Assembly (NCBI GenBank): GCA_950097015.1
Contig: CATNEN010000014.1
Location: 1,116,001-1,180,000, forward strand
DNA from: Macrostomum hystrix
Taxonomy: Eukaryota; Animalia; Platyhelminthes
Direction of reading: 5' to 3'
Length of the DNA stretch: 64,000 bases
In this document: positions 12,429 to 24,573 of the stretch, in pieces
Position numbering within the stretch: position 1 is the stretch's first letter
How the letters are laid out: each line of letters begins with the position of its first letter
The notes under the pieces: model-generated
Told to the model about the DNA's origin: nothing
Database searches by the model: none
What the model saw: only the letters and a program-made list of their open reading frames with translations
Program-made: the position numbers and the translations under genes

Positions 12429-14563
12429 TTAAACCTGCATGAATATGTACTAGTGCTGAGATGCAACACCATCGCGTCCTCGAAAGATGACGCCGAGTAA
12501 AAATCCTGACTAATGCTCAACGACTGTCTCACTGTACTGCTGTATCGTATCGAAAATGTCAGTATCAAAAATGACCGATGCGCGCTTCTGAGAATTATTT
12601 ATCGCGTGCTGAACGATTTTGTGATATGAAGCCTATATATATATTCGACCCAATTCAAAACTATCGGTCTATAATTATGCGATTACCGGAAAATGGAACT
12701 CCAAGTATTATTATTATTAGTTTTTCAATGTGAGAAACCTTCCACGCCAATTCAATCAGGTTGCGGGTTAACTTCTCTTTCACTAATGGGGATTTCCTGA
12801 AGTGGGGCATCTAATTGATTTACTGACGAGATGTCAGTCCGCCCAGTCCATGGAGCGTATACGTAGCCTTGATCAGATGTACCGTGTGCAATAGATGCGG
12901 CTGTGCGTTGACTGCGCATCTGCCCCAATTGGAGCAGGTCTAATCAATCATAACATTTTATTATTAAGAACCTACAATAAATCGCGCCGCGCCAGCATGA
13001 ACCTCTTTTGAATCAATTCGGCCACTACCACTCCAGTCTGATTGACTGCTCTCTACCCTGGCACCGTACACATTCACCAAAGCTTTTTGATTTGTCACTG
13101 TGCCCACCCTAATTATCAAGAAACCACAAATATAAATATTTCAGCTTGGCAGTAAATTAATTGTGTAAGCCTAACTGCGACTTGGGCTATCACAATGAAA
13201 TCTTTATTTGTAAAAATTAACTCAGGAATACACCGAAAATCCGCGATTGAGCACCATTGGAATCACAATTGCTTTCAAGATTCTCGTAGATGGTCGGTCT
13301 TGTCCATGGCTATATACGTTAATCTACAAAAGGCGAGCACAAAACGAAGTATCCGTGTCACTCATTCGCCAAATATAGTTGAATGCCCGCTTTTCAAATT
13401 TAAATCGTGTAGAAGAGGGTGCCTTATATTGAAGTGTTGGTGGGGCTATGACAGTAGTGCAAAGTAGTGCAAAGTAGTGCAAAAATGCAACGGTTTTCAA
13501 AAGAACTATTTTATTTTTTTTCCTAATTCGGGCTAATCTGATTTTACACTCGTTCACAAGTATAACAATTAACAAATTGGCGCAGATTCAAGCGCAGAAC
13601 GTGTAAATGTGATAATTAATGAATTAATATTTATTGTTATTCATTCGTTTGTTCGTTTGTTCTTGTTCGTTTAAATATTCGTTTGAATATAGTATGACGA
13701 AGTTTCGGTCCCAATGTATAGGCGTAGCGGTTCGGTCTATTTGAATAGCAGTAAGGTAAATTATTATTCGGCAGTAAATTGGGTCTTCAAATAACGAGAT
13801 CGCTTAACGGTGAATGCTGGCTATATGACTTAGAGATATGTTACTTAGAGACATGTAGAGATATATCAAGATTCACTTGAAAGTAGCTACGGCTACAGTT
13901 GAAATTAGCCACACTTAAATAATAGCCAGCACTCAGTCGTAGAACCAGAACCAGGCACGGGGGGGTGGGAGCCTTCCTGGAAAGGCCTAATTAGCACATT
14001 TGAATACGAACTACGACTATGTAGTACACTAAAACAAAACCATTATAAATATATATGGAAAACCGAAGAAATATCCCTAACAAATATAGCTAACGAAAAT
14101 AATGCACTTAATTAGAAATAGCATATTAAAATTACATTAAATTAGAGAGACAACGTCACAATAGACCCCACACCATACATTTAACCTTTGTCTTCTTGTA
14201 GCTATATAGCTATATATACGCAAACTAAGAATTTTGCTTAATAAAAGAATTGTCAAACAGCTCTTAGGCCTACTGCAGCTCTTACAGTATAGTATTATCT
14301 CTTTAACTATACGTCTATGACTACAGTATGAATTGCCATTCTTTTATTTGTATGGTCACTGTATCTGTATGGATAACAAATGCCATTAACATAGCTAGGG
14401 CCTATGCTTAAAAATAAAAGCACATAACAAACCCTTGTTCTCCCTCTACAACGCACAAGTATGTGAGAGCAAATACCCACCCTAAATGTGGCCTATAAAG
14501 AAGGAAATATTGTGACCTCACCTCCTCTTATCCTTGGAGCCAGTCAGAGCTGGATCGATGGAT

Positions 14564-14981
14564 CCTAGACACTTCGTCATCTTACAACTTCGTCATCCAC
14601 TTGGAAGGTAGGACACTTCGTCATCCAGCCAATTGGCATGCTTTAAAGTTTGGTCAGTTCGTCATCTACTAGGGGGCCTAATAACAAGCAATCTAGTTTG
14701 TCATCAATAAAGTGAGGGTGGGGTGGTGGGGCAGGGGTGTGAACACACTTCACACTAAATTGTCAAAAAGAGGTGTCAAAACTGATTTCATTATAAGAGT
14801 TTAAAGATAGGTGCCAATACAATGTGAGGAGGGGTGGGGAGGGGTGGTTCTGTTCTAACTTTGAAAACTTTTATAGATGACGAAGTGTCCACAAGTCTAA
14901 GTCTCTTCGTCATCCACCCTCTGAGATATTGGACAGATTGTCATCTGGATGATGACGTTGTAAGATGACAAAGTGTCCAGG
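14564..14981. mobile_element. MITE-like element with ~36-bp imperfect TIRs and subterminal CTTCGTCATC repeats
   Basis: Left end CCTAGACACTTCGTCATCTTACAACTTCGTCATCCA versus reverse complement of the right end CCTGGACACTTTGTCATCTTACAACGTCATCATCCA. No ORF and no clear TSD. Confidence 0.65.
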
Positions 14982-16574
14982 TACTGTATTGACATTGTGG
15001 TCTTGGTCATATACCATTAGCTATTCCTTTTATATGACCTAGCTATGTGTGCTTTGTGCCTATAAAATGATTTGCTTATTTGCATACACTATGAATTTAT
15101 TTAGCTCATCAAGCAAAAATTCATTTATTAGGGCCTATGCATTTTAATTGAGCAGCTATAGGCCCTAATTTTGTTACATAACTATTTTATATAAACAAGT
15201 CAATATTCATTTTGATGAAATGCAAACAAAGCATTTCATTATGTACTACAGTACAAAAGTAGGCCCTAAATACTAAAAACAAAAATAAAGGCTTTCAATT
15301 TAAATAAAATATATAATTAGGCCTACTAGGGACTTTAGTGAGAAAATTTAAGATTCAAAAAACATTTTCTTTATTTGTTTATTTGAAAGAGCTGAGTTGC
15401 ATGAGTAAAATGACACCATGGTTGTGAATATTGGTAAAATAAAAAAGTTATACAAAATTTGAGACTGTGACTAGGAGCTTTGGTCAGCATTCCACATGCA
15501 GTGAAAAATGCAAAAAAACATAAAAATGACCCTAGCTTTAAATGAATAGAACTAGCTTAAAATACAAAATAAGTGCACAAGTGAATAGTTCTTTTGAAAA
15601 AGAAAAAAACTCTTTCATTTAAGATAAGATTTGGCAAGATTTGATCACAATTTCAAAAGTTGTTTAAGTCAAAAGATTGATATTTTTTTTAAGAAAGATC
15701 ATGTCTGTAATAAAAAAATAATTTTGGCATGTTGACTAGTTTAAAATTTTCAAAGAAACTAGTTTTTACATAACTTTTTACATAAGTTTTTACAACTAAT
15801 TTTTACATAAAATAACAACACTTGCTGCAACTAATTGGTGGGTATATCTGACTTCATGATTTATACTACATGTATTCAATCAGTTTACTCATTTATTGAT
15901 CCAAATTGTTGCAAGAGTCCATAATCTTTCCAAAATTAGTCAAGAATACACTTTGCATACAATGGCATAGACAGTTTCTGCTGCTTAGACCTCTCTCCAA
16001 TAAAAACACAGTCTCAAAATTCTCAGTATTGGGGGTGTGCCAATTAAGAGCTCAGCACATGAAAGCGGACCAATCTATTGCTTAGCATTCTTTTGCATCT
16101 TAAGGTCTTAAGGTTGCACGCACACTAACAGGTGCTGATATCTAATTTATAGATTTTCTTTAAAGAAATTGTGTAACAATTGATAAAATTATATTCTGTA
16201 GGTGAGCTACAATAAATTAATTTTATGTGATGAAAAGCTAGTATAATACACATGGTTAGTCACAAGGTTTTCATGGCAGTCCTCTAAATGAGTTGTATAA
16301 TAATCTATAGTATAAAAATATATTATAAAAATGGCCCACTCTACTTAACAAAAATATTGTAAATCTATAATTTTTTTCAATTGAAAGTCAATACATGATT
16401 ACTAAAAGTAGTATTACTGTTCATTCTTGTTAGGCTTGAGTGTAATTAAAATCAAAATTAACATATACACAAATGTGTAAATATACTATTCTTAGTTTTA
16501 ACCCCTAAACGAACACTTTTCAGGTTAAGTTAATAGTTTTTTATTAGAAATAACCTGTGCACCACCTGCCAATC

Positions 16575-17240
16575 ATGGTTGATGTAGCTATCAGTGCCGG
16601 TGGTGTGTCTTCTCGACTCCGCGATACGCGCCGTCTGGTGTTGGACGATGCGGCCAGGCAGCGCCGGCACCGCCGCGCCCTTGACGCTCTGGAGGCGGAC
16701 AACTTCCAGGCTGATCCGCACGCCGATCTCCGTGTCAACAAGCTGGCGCCGAAGTTCGCTGACGAGGCCTCGTCGTTTGGACCAGCGCGCGACGTTTCCG
16801 CCGGCACTTCTGTTGGCGGCTCGGGCGGCGGGTCTTCTGTGACTGACGGTGAGGAACCTAACAATTGGTTAATAAGACAAACATCACACTACCCTCTCCT
16901 ACACCTGCCAATTCCTGCCGCAGGCAAAAAATCCCGCAAGGCCAAGTCCGCAGCCGGCGCCGGTGCTGTCAGCGTCCTGGGCGGCCGTCTGCGCAGGAAT
17001 TTCGCCGCCCTGCTTGAAGAGGAGCACACCAGACGGGTTCAGTTGCTCGGCTCCGCGCCCAACGCTGCCACGCCATACGAGCTGGCTCAGGTCGGGCCGT
17101 CTCGCCTGCCGCCGCGACAGTTCTGCGCCGTCTGCGGCCTGCTGGGACCACACACCTGCGTTGTGTGCGGCACCAGGTTCTGCTCCGTGTCCTGCTACGC
17201 CACGCACCAGGATACCCGCTGCCTGAAGTGGACTGGATGA
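16575..17240 (+). CDS. ZNHIT1: Zinc finger HIT domain protein 1 (Vps71/Swc6 homolog, SRCAP/SWR1 complex); probable 75-nt intron at 16849-16923
   Basis: Conserved blocks LDDAARQRRHRRALDALEADNFQADPHADL and NFAALLEEE, plus the C-terminal HIT finger SRLPPRQFCAVCG..HTCVVCGTRFCSVSCYATHQDTRCLKWT. GTGAGG..CCGCAG splice signals flank an in-frame segment that does not look like ZNHIT1. Confidence 0.92.
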   Translation: MVDVAISAGGVSSRLRDTRRLVLDDAARQRRHRRALDALEADNFQADPHADLRVNKLAPKFADEASSFGPARDVSAGTSVGGSGGGSSVTDGEEPNNWLIRQTSHYPLLHLPIPAAGKKSRKAKSAAGAGAVSVLGGRLRRNFAALLEEEHTRRVQLLGSAPNAATPYELAQVGPSRLPPRQFCAVCGLLGPHTCVVCGTRFCSVSCYATHQDTRCLKWTG

Positions 17241-17371
17241 GGATGACCTCACCTGAGTGTTGCATGCTGACGTCACCTGGTGCTAGAGGCAGATAATCTG
17301 CATTTTTCGTGCTTTTGTAAATTGCTTGTGCACTGTACCCTCGTGTTATTTTGTCACTTCTAACTGCGTGT

Positions 17372-17377
17372 AATAAA
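17372..17377 (+). terminator. Putative polyadenylation signal AATAAA of ZNHIT1
   Basis: Canonical hexamer ~130 nt after the stop, followed by T-rich sequence. Confidence 0.6.
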
Positions 17378-17437
17378 TGTGCATTGATATTGCTCACACT
17401 TAGCTGAGCATTTTTATAAGCATTTTCTATGAATCTC

Positions 17438-17461
17438 GTTGTTTTATTTTATTTTGTTCAG
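17438..17461 (+). promoter_or_regulatory. Unpaired strong 3' splice site upstream of the FAM120 gene (candidate trans-splice acceptor)
   Basis: GTTGTTTTATTTTATTTTGTTCAG with no evident upstream donor, ~85 nt after the ZNHIT1 AATAAA. Confidence 0.45.
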
Positions 17462-17629
17462 TAAAACTAAGGAACTGGCCTTGACCTGACCTGGTCGTGA
17501 GTCGTCTCATTGTTAGTGGGAGCGGAGCCAGTGGAGAAGCAATTTTTTGTCCGCGATTTCAACCAAACTCGCCCTCCCCCGCTCTCAAACCACACTGGCC
17601 TGTTCTCTCACAATGTCCAGCAGCAAACT

Positions 17630-20600
17630 ATGTCGGCCAGCCTGTCGGCCAGCCTTCGAGATCTCGTTTGCCAGCAGCCAGCTGAGGAGCTCTACCAGAC
17701 CGTGAGTCTGAGCACCCTGCACTCGCTGCTCACCAGCCATCCCGACGCCAGCGACCTCTGCCTGAAGCGACCGATCAATGCAAGTCAGCCAGCTCTCATC
17801 CTGGACCTCGGCGACAGCCTTCGCTGGATCTGCGGGCCCAGGACTGACTGGCTGAGCGGCTGCGACTGGCGCGGCCTGCGGCTCAACCTCAGCCTGCGGC
17901 TGCGCGACTTACAGGCCAGCCTGTTCGTGCCCGTGCCACTGCTGCCTGGTGACGGAGGCGCCAATGACAGCCAGCGCGACCTGCTGGCCTGGGCTGCTGA
18001 GCAGCGCCAGCGGAAGCAGCGAGTGGCCGCCGTCATCAGGTGAGTGCCGGAAGGGAACTCCGGACCTCCGGCGCAATGGCCAATGCAGCTGAGCACGAAA
18101 TTAATTATCCCGCAGGCACCTGCTCAATCTGCAGACCAATTCGTCACCCGGTCAGCCTCAGAGCTCGCCGAAGCCGGCCTTCAGCCTCTGGCTGGCCCCA
18201 CTCGGCCTCGTCACCGCCCTGCGCTTCTGCCTGCGCCGCCTGGAGACTCCCTGCCACCAGTCACTGGACGGCCGCCTGGCCGACTGCGTCCGCATCGCTG
18301 CCAGCTTGAACTGTCGCGCCGTTGCCAGCGACTCGCCGCTCTGCTGGCTGCTGCAGCCACCGGGCAGGACCGTCCTGCAGCTTAGCTCGCTGGGCTCTGC
18401 TGGCGGCCGCTCCTTCCACGGCTACCAGCAGCTGCAGATGCGCCAGGCGCTGCTGCCCCGCCTGCGCAGCCTTCTGAACCTGCCGCCTGAGCGCCTACCT
18501 ATGCTGGCCTGCCTGCTGGACAACCGCTTCCTGCCCGGCGACTGCCTACAGCGCCTGCACCTGGCGCTGGTGCCTGAGTCTGACAGCCAGGCCCATCAGG
18601 TGCAATGCGCTGCCCTTGTAGTTATTGCCTCCCAAGTTATGTTCCCAGCCCTGTGCATCTGTCCCAGAATCCCAGAATCTGTGCAATTGTTCAGTACTAG
18701 CTGAGCTGAGTCGTATTTCGTAAGCAGAAACACAGACGTTATCGAAAGCGTATTATAACCACTGGCTGTAGTTTTAGCAGTCCATACGATGTTATTAAGT
18801 ATTTCAATACATATCTGATAACCTATTGGGCCTTTAGGCTAAACGGGAATTCGGCGAAGGAATTCGAATGGCTCCATTGTTTCTCTCTACTCCAGGCCAG
18901 AACCCGCGCAGTCAGTCTGGCCGTGGCGAAAGTTGTCGCCGGCTTCTCCGCGGCTGAGTCTGTCGACGAGGCTGTAAAACTTCTCGAACCGTGAGCGCCT
19001 GCCGTTTGACATTACTCAGCTCACTGACATTGCTCAGCTCACTGACATTACTCAGCTCACTGACATTGCTTAGCTCACTGACATTACTCAGCTCACTGAC
19101 ATTGCTCAGCTCACTGACATTGCTCAGCTCACTGACATTACTCAGCTCACTGACATTGCTTAGCTCACTGACATTACTCAGCTCACTGACATTGCTCAGC
19201 TCACTGACATTACTCAGCTCACTGACATTGCTTAGCTCACTGACATTACTCAGCTCACTGACATTTCTCAGCTCACTGACATTACTCAGCTCACTGACGT
19301 TTCTCAGCTCACTGACATTACTCAGCTCACTGACATTACTCAGCTCACTGACATTACTCAGCTCACTGACATTACTCAGCTCACTGACGTTTCTCAGCTC
19401 ACTGACGTTTCTCAGCTCTCTGACATTACTCAGCTCACATTACTCAGCTCACTGACATTACTCAGCTCACTGACGTTTCTCAGCTCTCTGACATTACTCA
19501 GCTCACATTACTCAGCTCACTGACATTACTCAGCTCACTGACATTACACAGCTCACTGACATTACTCAGCTCACATTACTCAGCTCACTGACATTACTCA
19601 GCTCACTGACATTACTCAGCTCACTGACGTTTCTCAGCTCACTGACGTTTCTCAGCTCTCTGACATTACTCAGCTCACATTGCTCAGCTCACTGACATTA
19701 CTCAGCTCACTGACATTGCTTAGCTCACTGACATTACTCAGCTCACTGACATTGCTCAGCTCACTGACATTACTCAGCTCACTGACATTGCTCAGCTCAC
19801 TGACATTACTCAGCTCACTGACATTGCTCAGCTCACTGACATTACTCAGCTCACTGACATTGCTCAGCTCACTGACATTACTCAGCTCACTGACATTGCT
19901 CAGCTCACTGACATTACTCAGCTCACTGACATTGCTCAGCTCACTGACATTACTCAGCTCACTGACATTGCTCAGCTCACTGACATTACTCAGCTCACTG
20001 ACATTGCTCAGCTCACTGACATTACTCAGCTCACTGACATTGCTCAGCTCACTGACATTACTCAGCTCACTGACATTGCTCAGCTCACTGACATTACTCA
20101 GCTCACTGACATTGCTCAGCTCACTGACATTACTCAGCTCACTGACGTTTCTCAGCTCACTGACGTTTCTCAGCTCTCTGACATTACTCAGCTCACATTA
20201 CTCAGCTCACTGACATTACTCAGCTCACTGACATTACACAGCTCACTGACATTACTCAGCTCACATTACTCAGCTCACTGACATTACTCAGCTCACTGAC
20301 ATTACTCAGCTCACTGACGTTTCTCAGCTCACTGACGTTTCTCAGCTCTCTGACATTACTCAGCTCACATTGCTCAGCTCACTGACATTACTCAGCTCAC
20401 TGACATTGCTCAGCTCACTGACATTACTCAGCTCACTGACGTTTCTCAGCTCACATTACTCAGCTCACTGACATTACTCAGCTCACTGACATTACTTAGC
20501 TCACTGACATTGCTCAGCTCACTGACGTTTCTCAGCTCACATTACTCAGCTCACTGACATTACTCAGCTCACTGACATTACTCAGCTCACTGACATTGCT

Positions 20601-23600
20601 CAGCTCACTGACATTACTCAGCTCACTGACATTGCTTAGCTCACTGACATTACTCAGCTCACTGACATTACTCAGCTCACTGACATTACTCAGCTCACAT
20701 TACTCAGCTCACATTACTCAGCTCATTGACATTGCTCAGCTCACTGACATTACTCAGCTCACTGACATTACTCAGCTCACTGACATTGCTCAGCTCTCTG
20801 ACATTACTCAGCTCACTGACATTACTCAGCTCACTGACATTACTCAGCTCACTGACATTACTCAGCTCACTGACATTACTCAGCTCACTGACATTACTCA
20901 GCTCACTGACATTACTCAGCTCACTGACATTACTCAGCTCACTGACGTTTCTCAGCTCACTGACGTTTCTCAGCTCTCTGACATTACTCAGCTCACATTA
21001 CTCAGCTCACTGACATTACTCAGCTCACTGACATTACACAGCTCACTGACATTACTCAGCTCACTGACATTACACAGCTCACTGACATTACTCCGCTCAC
21101 TGACATTACTCAGCTAACTGACATTACTCAGCTCACTGACATTACTCAGCTCACTGACGTTTCTCAGCTCACTGACGTTTCTCAGCTCTCTGACATTACT
21201 CAGCTCACATTACTCAGCTCATTGACATTACACAGCTCACTGACATTACTCAGCTCACTGACATTACTCAGCTCACTGACATTACTCAGCTCACATTACT
21301 CAGCTCACATTACTCAGCTCATTGACATTGCTCAGCTCACTGACATTACTCAGCTCACTGACATTACTCAGCTCACTGACATTGCTCAGCTCTCTGACAT
21401 TACTCAGCTCACTGACATTACTCAGCTCACTGACATTACTCAGCTCACTGACATTACTCAGCTCACTGACATTACTCAGCTCACTGACATTACACAGCTC
21501 ACTGACATTACTCAGCTCATTGACATTACTCAGCTCACTGACATTGCTCAGCTCTCTGACATTACTCAGCTCACTGACATTACTCAGCTCACTGACATTA
21601 CTCAGCTCACTGACATTACTCAGCTCTCTGACATTACTCAGCTCACTGACATTACTCAGCTCACTGACATTACACAGCTCACTGACATTACTCAGCTCAC
21701 TGACATTACTCAGCTCACTGACATTCCTCAGCTCACATTACTCAGCTCACTGACATTACTCAGCTCACTGACATTGCTCAGCTCTCTGACATTACTCAGC
21801 TCACTGACATTACTCAGCTCACTGACATTGCTCAGCTCTCTGACATTACTCAGCTCACAGACATTTCTCAGCTCACTGATATTGCTCAGCTCACAGACAT
21901 GCTCACCTCCTCAGCTCACTGACATGCTCACTTGCGCAGCTCACTGGCCTACAGTGTCTATATGCATGTCGATATGCGCACCTACTCAGTCCCAGCTTGC
22001 TGACATCCTCACAACTCACACAAGCACTCAGCCAGCAAGCATGTAATTTCCATTTAAAATTTGCAGTCATGCGGCCAACCCAGAGGAGCGCAGCCTACTG
22101 CGCAGCCAAGTGGTCGCCTGTCTGGACTACTACCGGCCCTGCTGCTTCTCTAACAATGCACAGCAGCAACAGCCGCCGCCGGCCACAGATTCGTCCAACA
22201 ATTCAACTGGCGCCGTCGGTCGGAAGTTCGATCCCTGGCTGCTGAATCGAGTCCGTGAGCTGCACCTGTCGGGCCGGCTGCATCCCTGGGTGGCCCAGGT
22301 GCTGCACCGCCAGATGGTTCGCCTGGAGCTCGGCTTCGAGGATCCGCCGCTGCCGGAGGCAGCCGAACTGGACGATCGGATTGAGCTGACGACAGACATG
22401 TATGATGTGATTCGGGCTCGGGTCTACGTCCTGCTGTACGACATCCGCGACTCCAAGGACGACCTGGGCTGCGCCCGGCCTGCCGTGCGGGTGAGGCGGC
22501 GGCTCACCTGGGCATCTATTGGGATCTGTGCGATTCGCAACCCTCTTCGGGAGTAGCTGTGTCGATTTCTCAAAAGGCTGCCCACTAATCTGACCACCCC
22601 TGAACTCCTTGGCCCAGGAAATCGACTGCCGCTTGGACAAAGGCCTGCGCGACAGCGGCGTCTACATGACGGTGGACAGATTCGGCAAGGACCTCGCGCA
22701 GCTCGAGCTGCCCGCCTGCGCCGATCTTTGGCGACGCGTTGGCCAAGCAGGTGACGGGGTTCGAACCACCGCCTTCCTGGCCTGCATGCACGGCTGGCGG
22801 CTGGCTGACCCGCTGTGCGCCCAGCCGCTGCTTGACCCGGACATTGTGCCGCCCAGCCTGCTTCTGCCGCTCTGCGTGTTGCGCTTTTTGCTGCTGCCGC
22901 CGCCTCGCAAGCCGGTGCTGCAGCCCTACGAGCTGCAAGCCCTTCTTGCCACCGTGCTGGCCGGCGCCGATGTCGACTCCCCCGAAGCTCCAGATCTCGA
23001 CGCCAGCGCTGTGGCCGCTGCAAGCGCTGCCGAGGCGATGGAGCCGCCGCCGACTCTGCGGGGCCTCCAACTTGCCAACTTGTTCTCTGCCGGCCTTGAC
23101 ACCGCCGTCTTTGTCAGCGACGCCTGCGGTCGAGTCGGCCCCGAGTTTGAAGGCGTCGTGGCGGCGGGCTTTTTGTCCTTTGACGGCCGGCGGCTTCAGC
23201 GGATGCTTCGTCTAGCGGACCGCGGCCGGGCAACGCCGCTGGTGCTGTGCGAGGGCTGCCTGACTAGGCTGGAAATCTTCGAGCGAGCCTGGGACGCTCT
23301 CGTGCGCTCGCTCAGCCCTGTGGGCGGGCCCAGTTTCCTAAAGCCGCGCCTGTGCGATGCCCCTCGGTCGCCAGCTAGTCAGTTGGTGGCTTCTAGCTGC
23401 GCTGGAGGCGTCAGCGCTTTTCAAGGCGGCGAATGTGACGGTGGAAAGGGCGGCCGCGGACGCGGCGTCGGGCGTGGCCTGAGGCAATTCGAGTTGAACA
23501 ACTGGGTGCCGCAGCCGCCGCCGTATCGCCAGCATCAGCAGCAAATGCACTTTTACCCTCCCCGCGAGCTGCTGGTTGCCGGCGTTCCAGTTGCGAACTG

Positions 23601-24018
23601 GGGCGGCTCGCGGCTGTCGGCTCCACCGGATCACCGGATGCCGCCAGCACCCGCAGCCAAGATCGCCTCCGTTCCAATGCAGCCGCGGCCGAAGTTCTTG
23701 CCCAGCGGTGCCGAAGGCAATGCGGACAGCTGGCGCAGCGGTGACGTCGGAGCCAAGAAACAGCAGCGCAAAATGTGGCGCCCGGTCGGGAATCTGCAGC
23801 AGCAGCAGCACTCGAGCTTCAGACCGCTGCGTCTGTCGGACTTTTCTTCATCCAGGAAGTCAGCCACAGGGCCCCCGCAGCCGCCTGCGGAGCCGCAGAT
23901 GCAGCAGCTGCAGCGATCGCGACTGGACGAGCTGCTCGCTCGAATCCCAGGTCCGCCCAGCGACATTGAAGAGAAATTTGTTCGCTCCATCGGGCGCGGC
24001 GTGGCCTCCGCTTTGTGA
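17630..24018 (+). CDS. FAM120: FAM120 family protein (constitutive coactivator of PPAR-gamma-like / Ossa; PIN-like N-terminus), ~937 aa; exons 17630-18039, 18116-18599, 18896-18990, 22067-22490, 22618-24018
   Basis: Spliced frame is open (2814 nt, intron phases 2,0,2,0). Motifs match FAM120A as recalled: TDWLSGCDW (~TDWVSGGQW), LWLAPLGLVTALRFCL, LNLPPERLPMLACLLDNRFLP (~LDLNPNRFPIFAALLGNHILP), LSGRLHPWVAQVL. The C-terminus is low-complexity (Q/P/G/R-rich). Confidence 0.85.
19006..21925. repeat. 18-bp minisatellite CTCAGCTCACTGACATT(A/G) filling FAM120 intron 3, with higher-order duplicated blocks
   Basis: Begins ~15 nt after the GTGAGC donor at 18991. Recurring 14-bp deletion units and GTTTCT variants appear in repeated order. 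Confidence 0.96.
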
Positions 24019-24156
24019 CATCCGATGCACTTTTATTTACCACTTGATGCTGAAGCTCTATGGGTGACAATGTCTCTATTTGAACCCGGTGTAGCTCTTA
24101 CGATGTGACCTCTTCACAGCATTCGATTTTGTGAATTGCTGTGAAATTTCCAGTTC

Positions 24157-24573
24157 ATGGAATCCCTGTGAGATTATCAGTTCATGGAATCCCTGTGAGA
24201 TAATCAGTTCATGGAATCCCTGTGAGATAATCAGTTCATGGAATCCCTGTGAGATAATCAGTTCATGGAATCCCTGTGAGATAATCAGTTCATGGAATCC
24301 CTGTGAGATAATCAGTTCATGGAATCCCTGTGAGATAATCAGTTCATGGAATCCCTGTGAGATAATCAGTTCATGGAATCCCTGTGAGATTATCAGTTCA
24401 TGGAATCCCTGTGAGATAATCAGTTCATGGAATCCCTGTGAGATTATCAGTTCATGGAATCCCTGTGAGATAATCAGTTCATGGAATCCCTGTGAGATTA
24501 TCAGTTCATGGAATCCCTGTGAGATTATCAGTTCATGGAATCCCTGTGAGATTATCAGTTCGTGGAATCCCTA
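24157..24573. repeat. 27-bp minisatellite TTCATGGAATCCCTGTGAGAT(A/T)ATCAG, ~15 copies
   Basis: Tandem periodicity just downstream of the FAM120 stop. Confidence 0.95.

Noticed and set aside
18991-22046. (TLLSSL)n / (TDITQL)n ORFs
   Set aside because: Intronic 18-bp satellite. The FAM120 exons splice in frame around it.
22130-24070. Multiple overlapping antisense and alternate-frame ORFs over the FAM120 exons
   Set aside because: These are shadow ORFs caused by high GC content.
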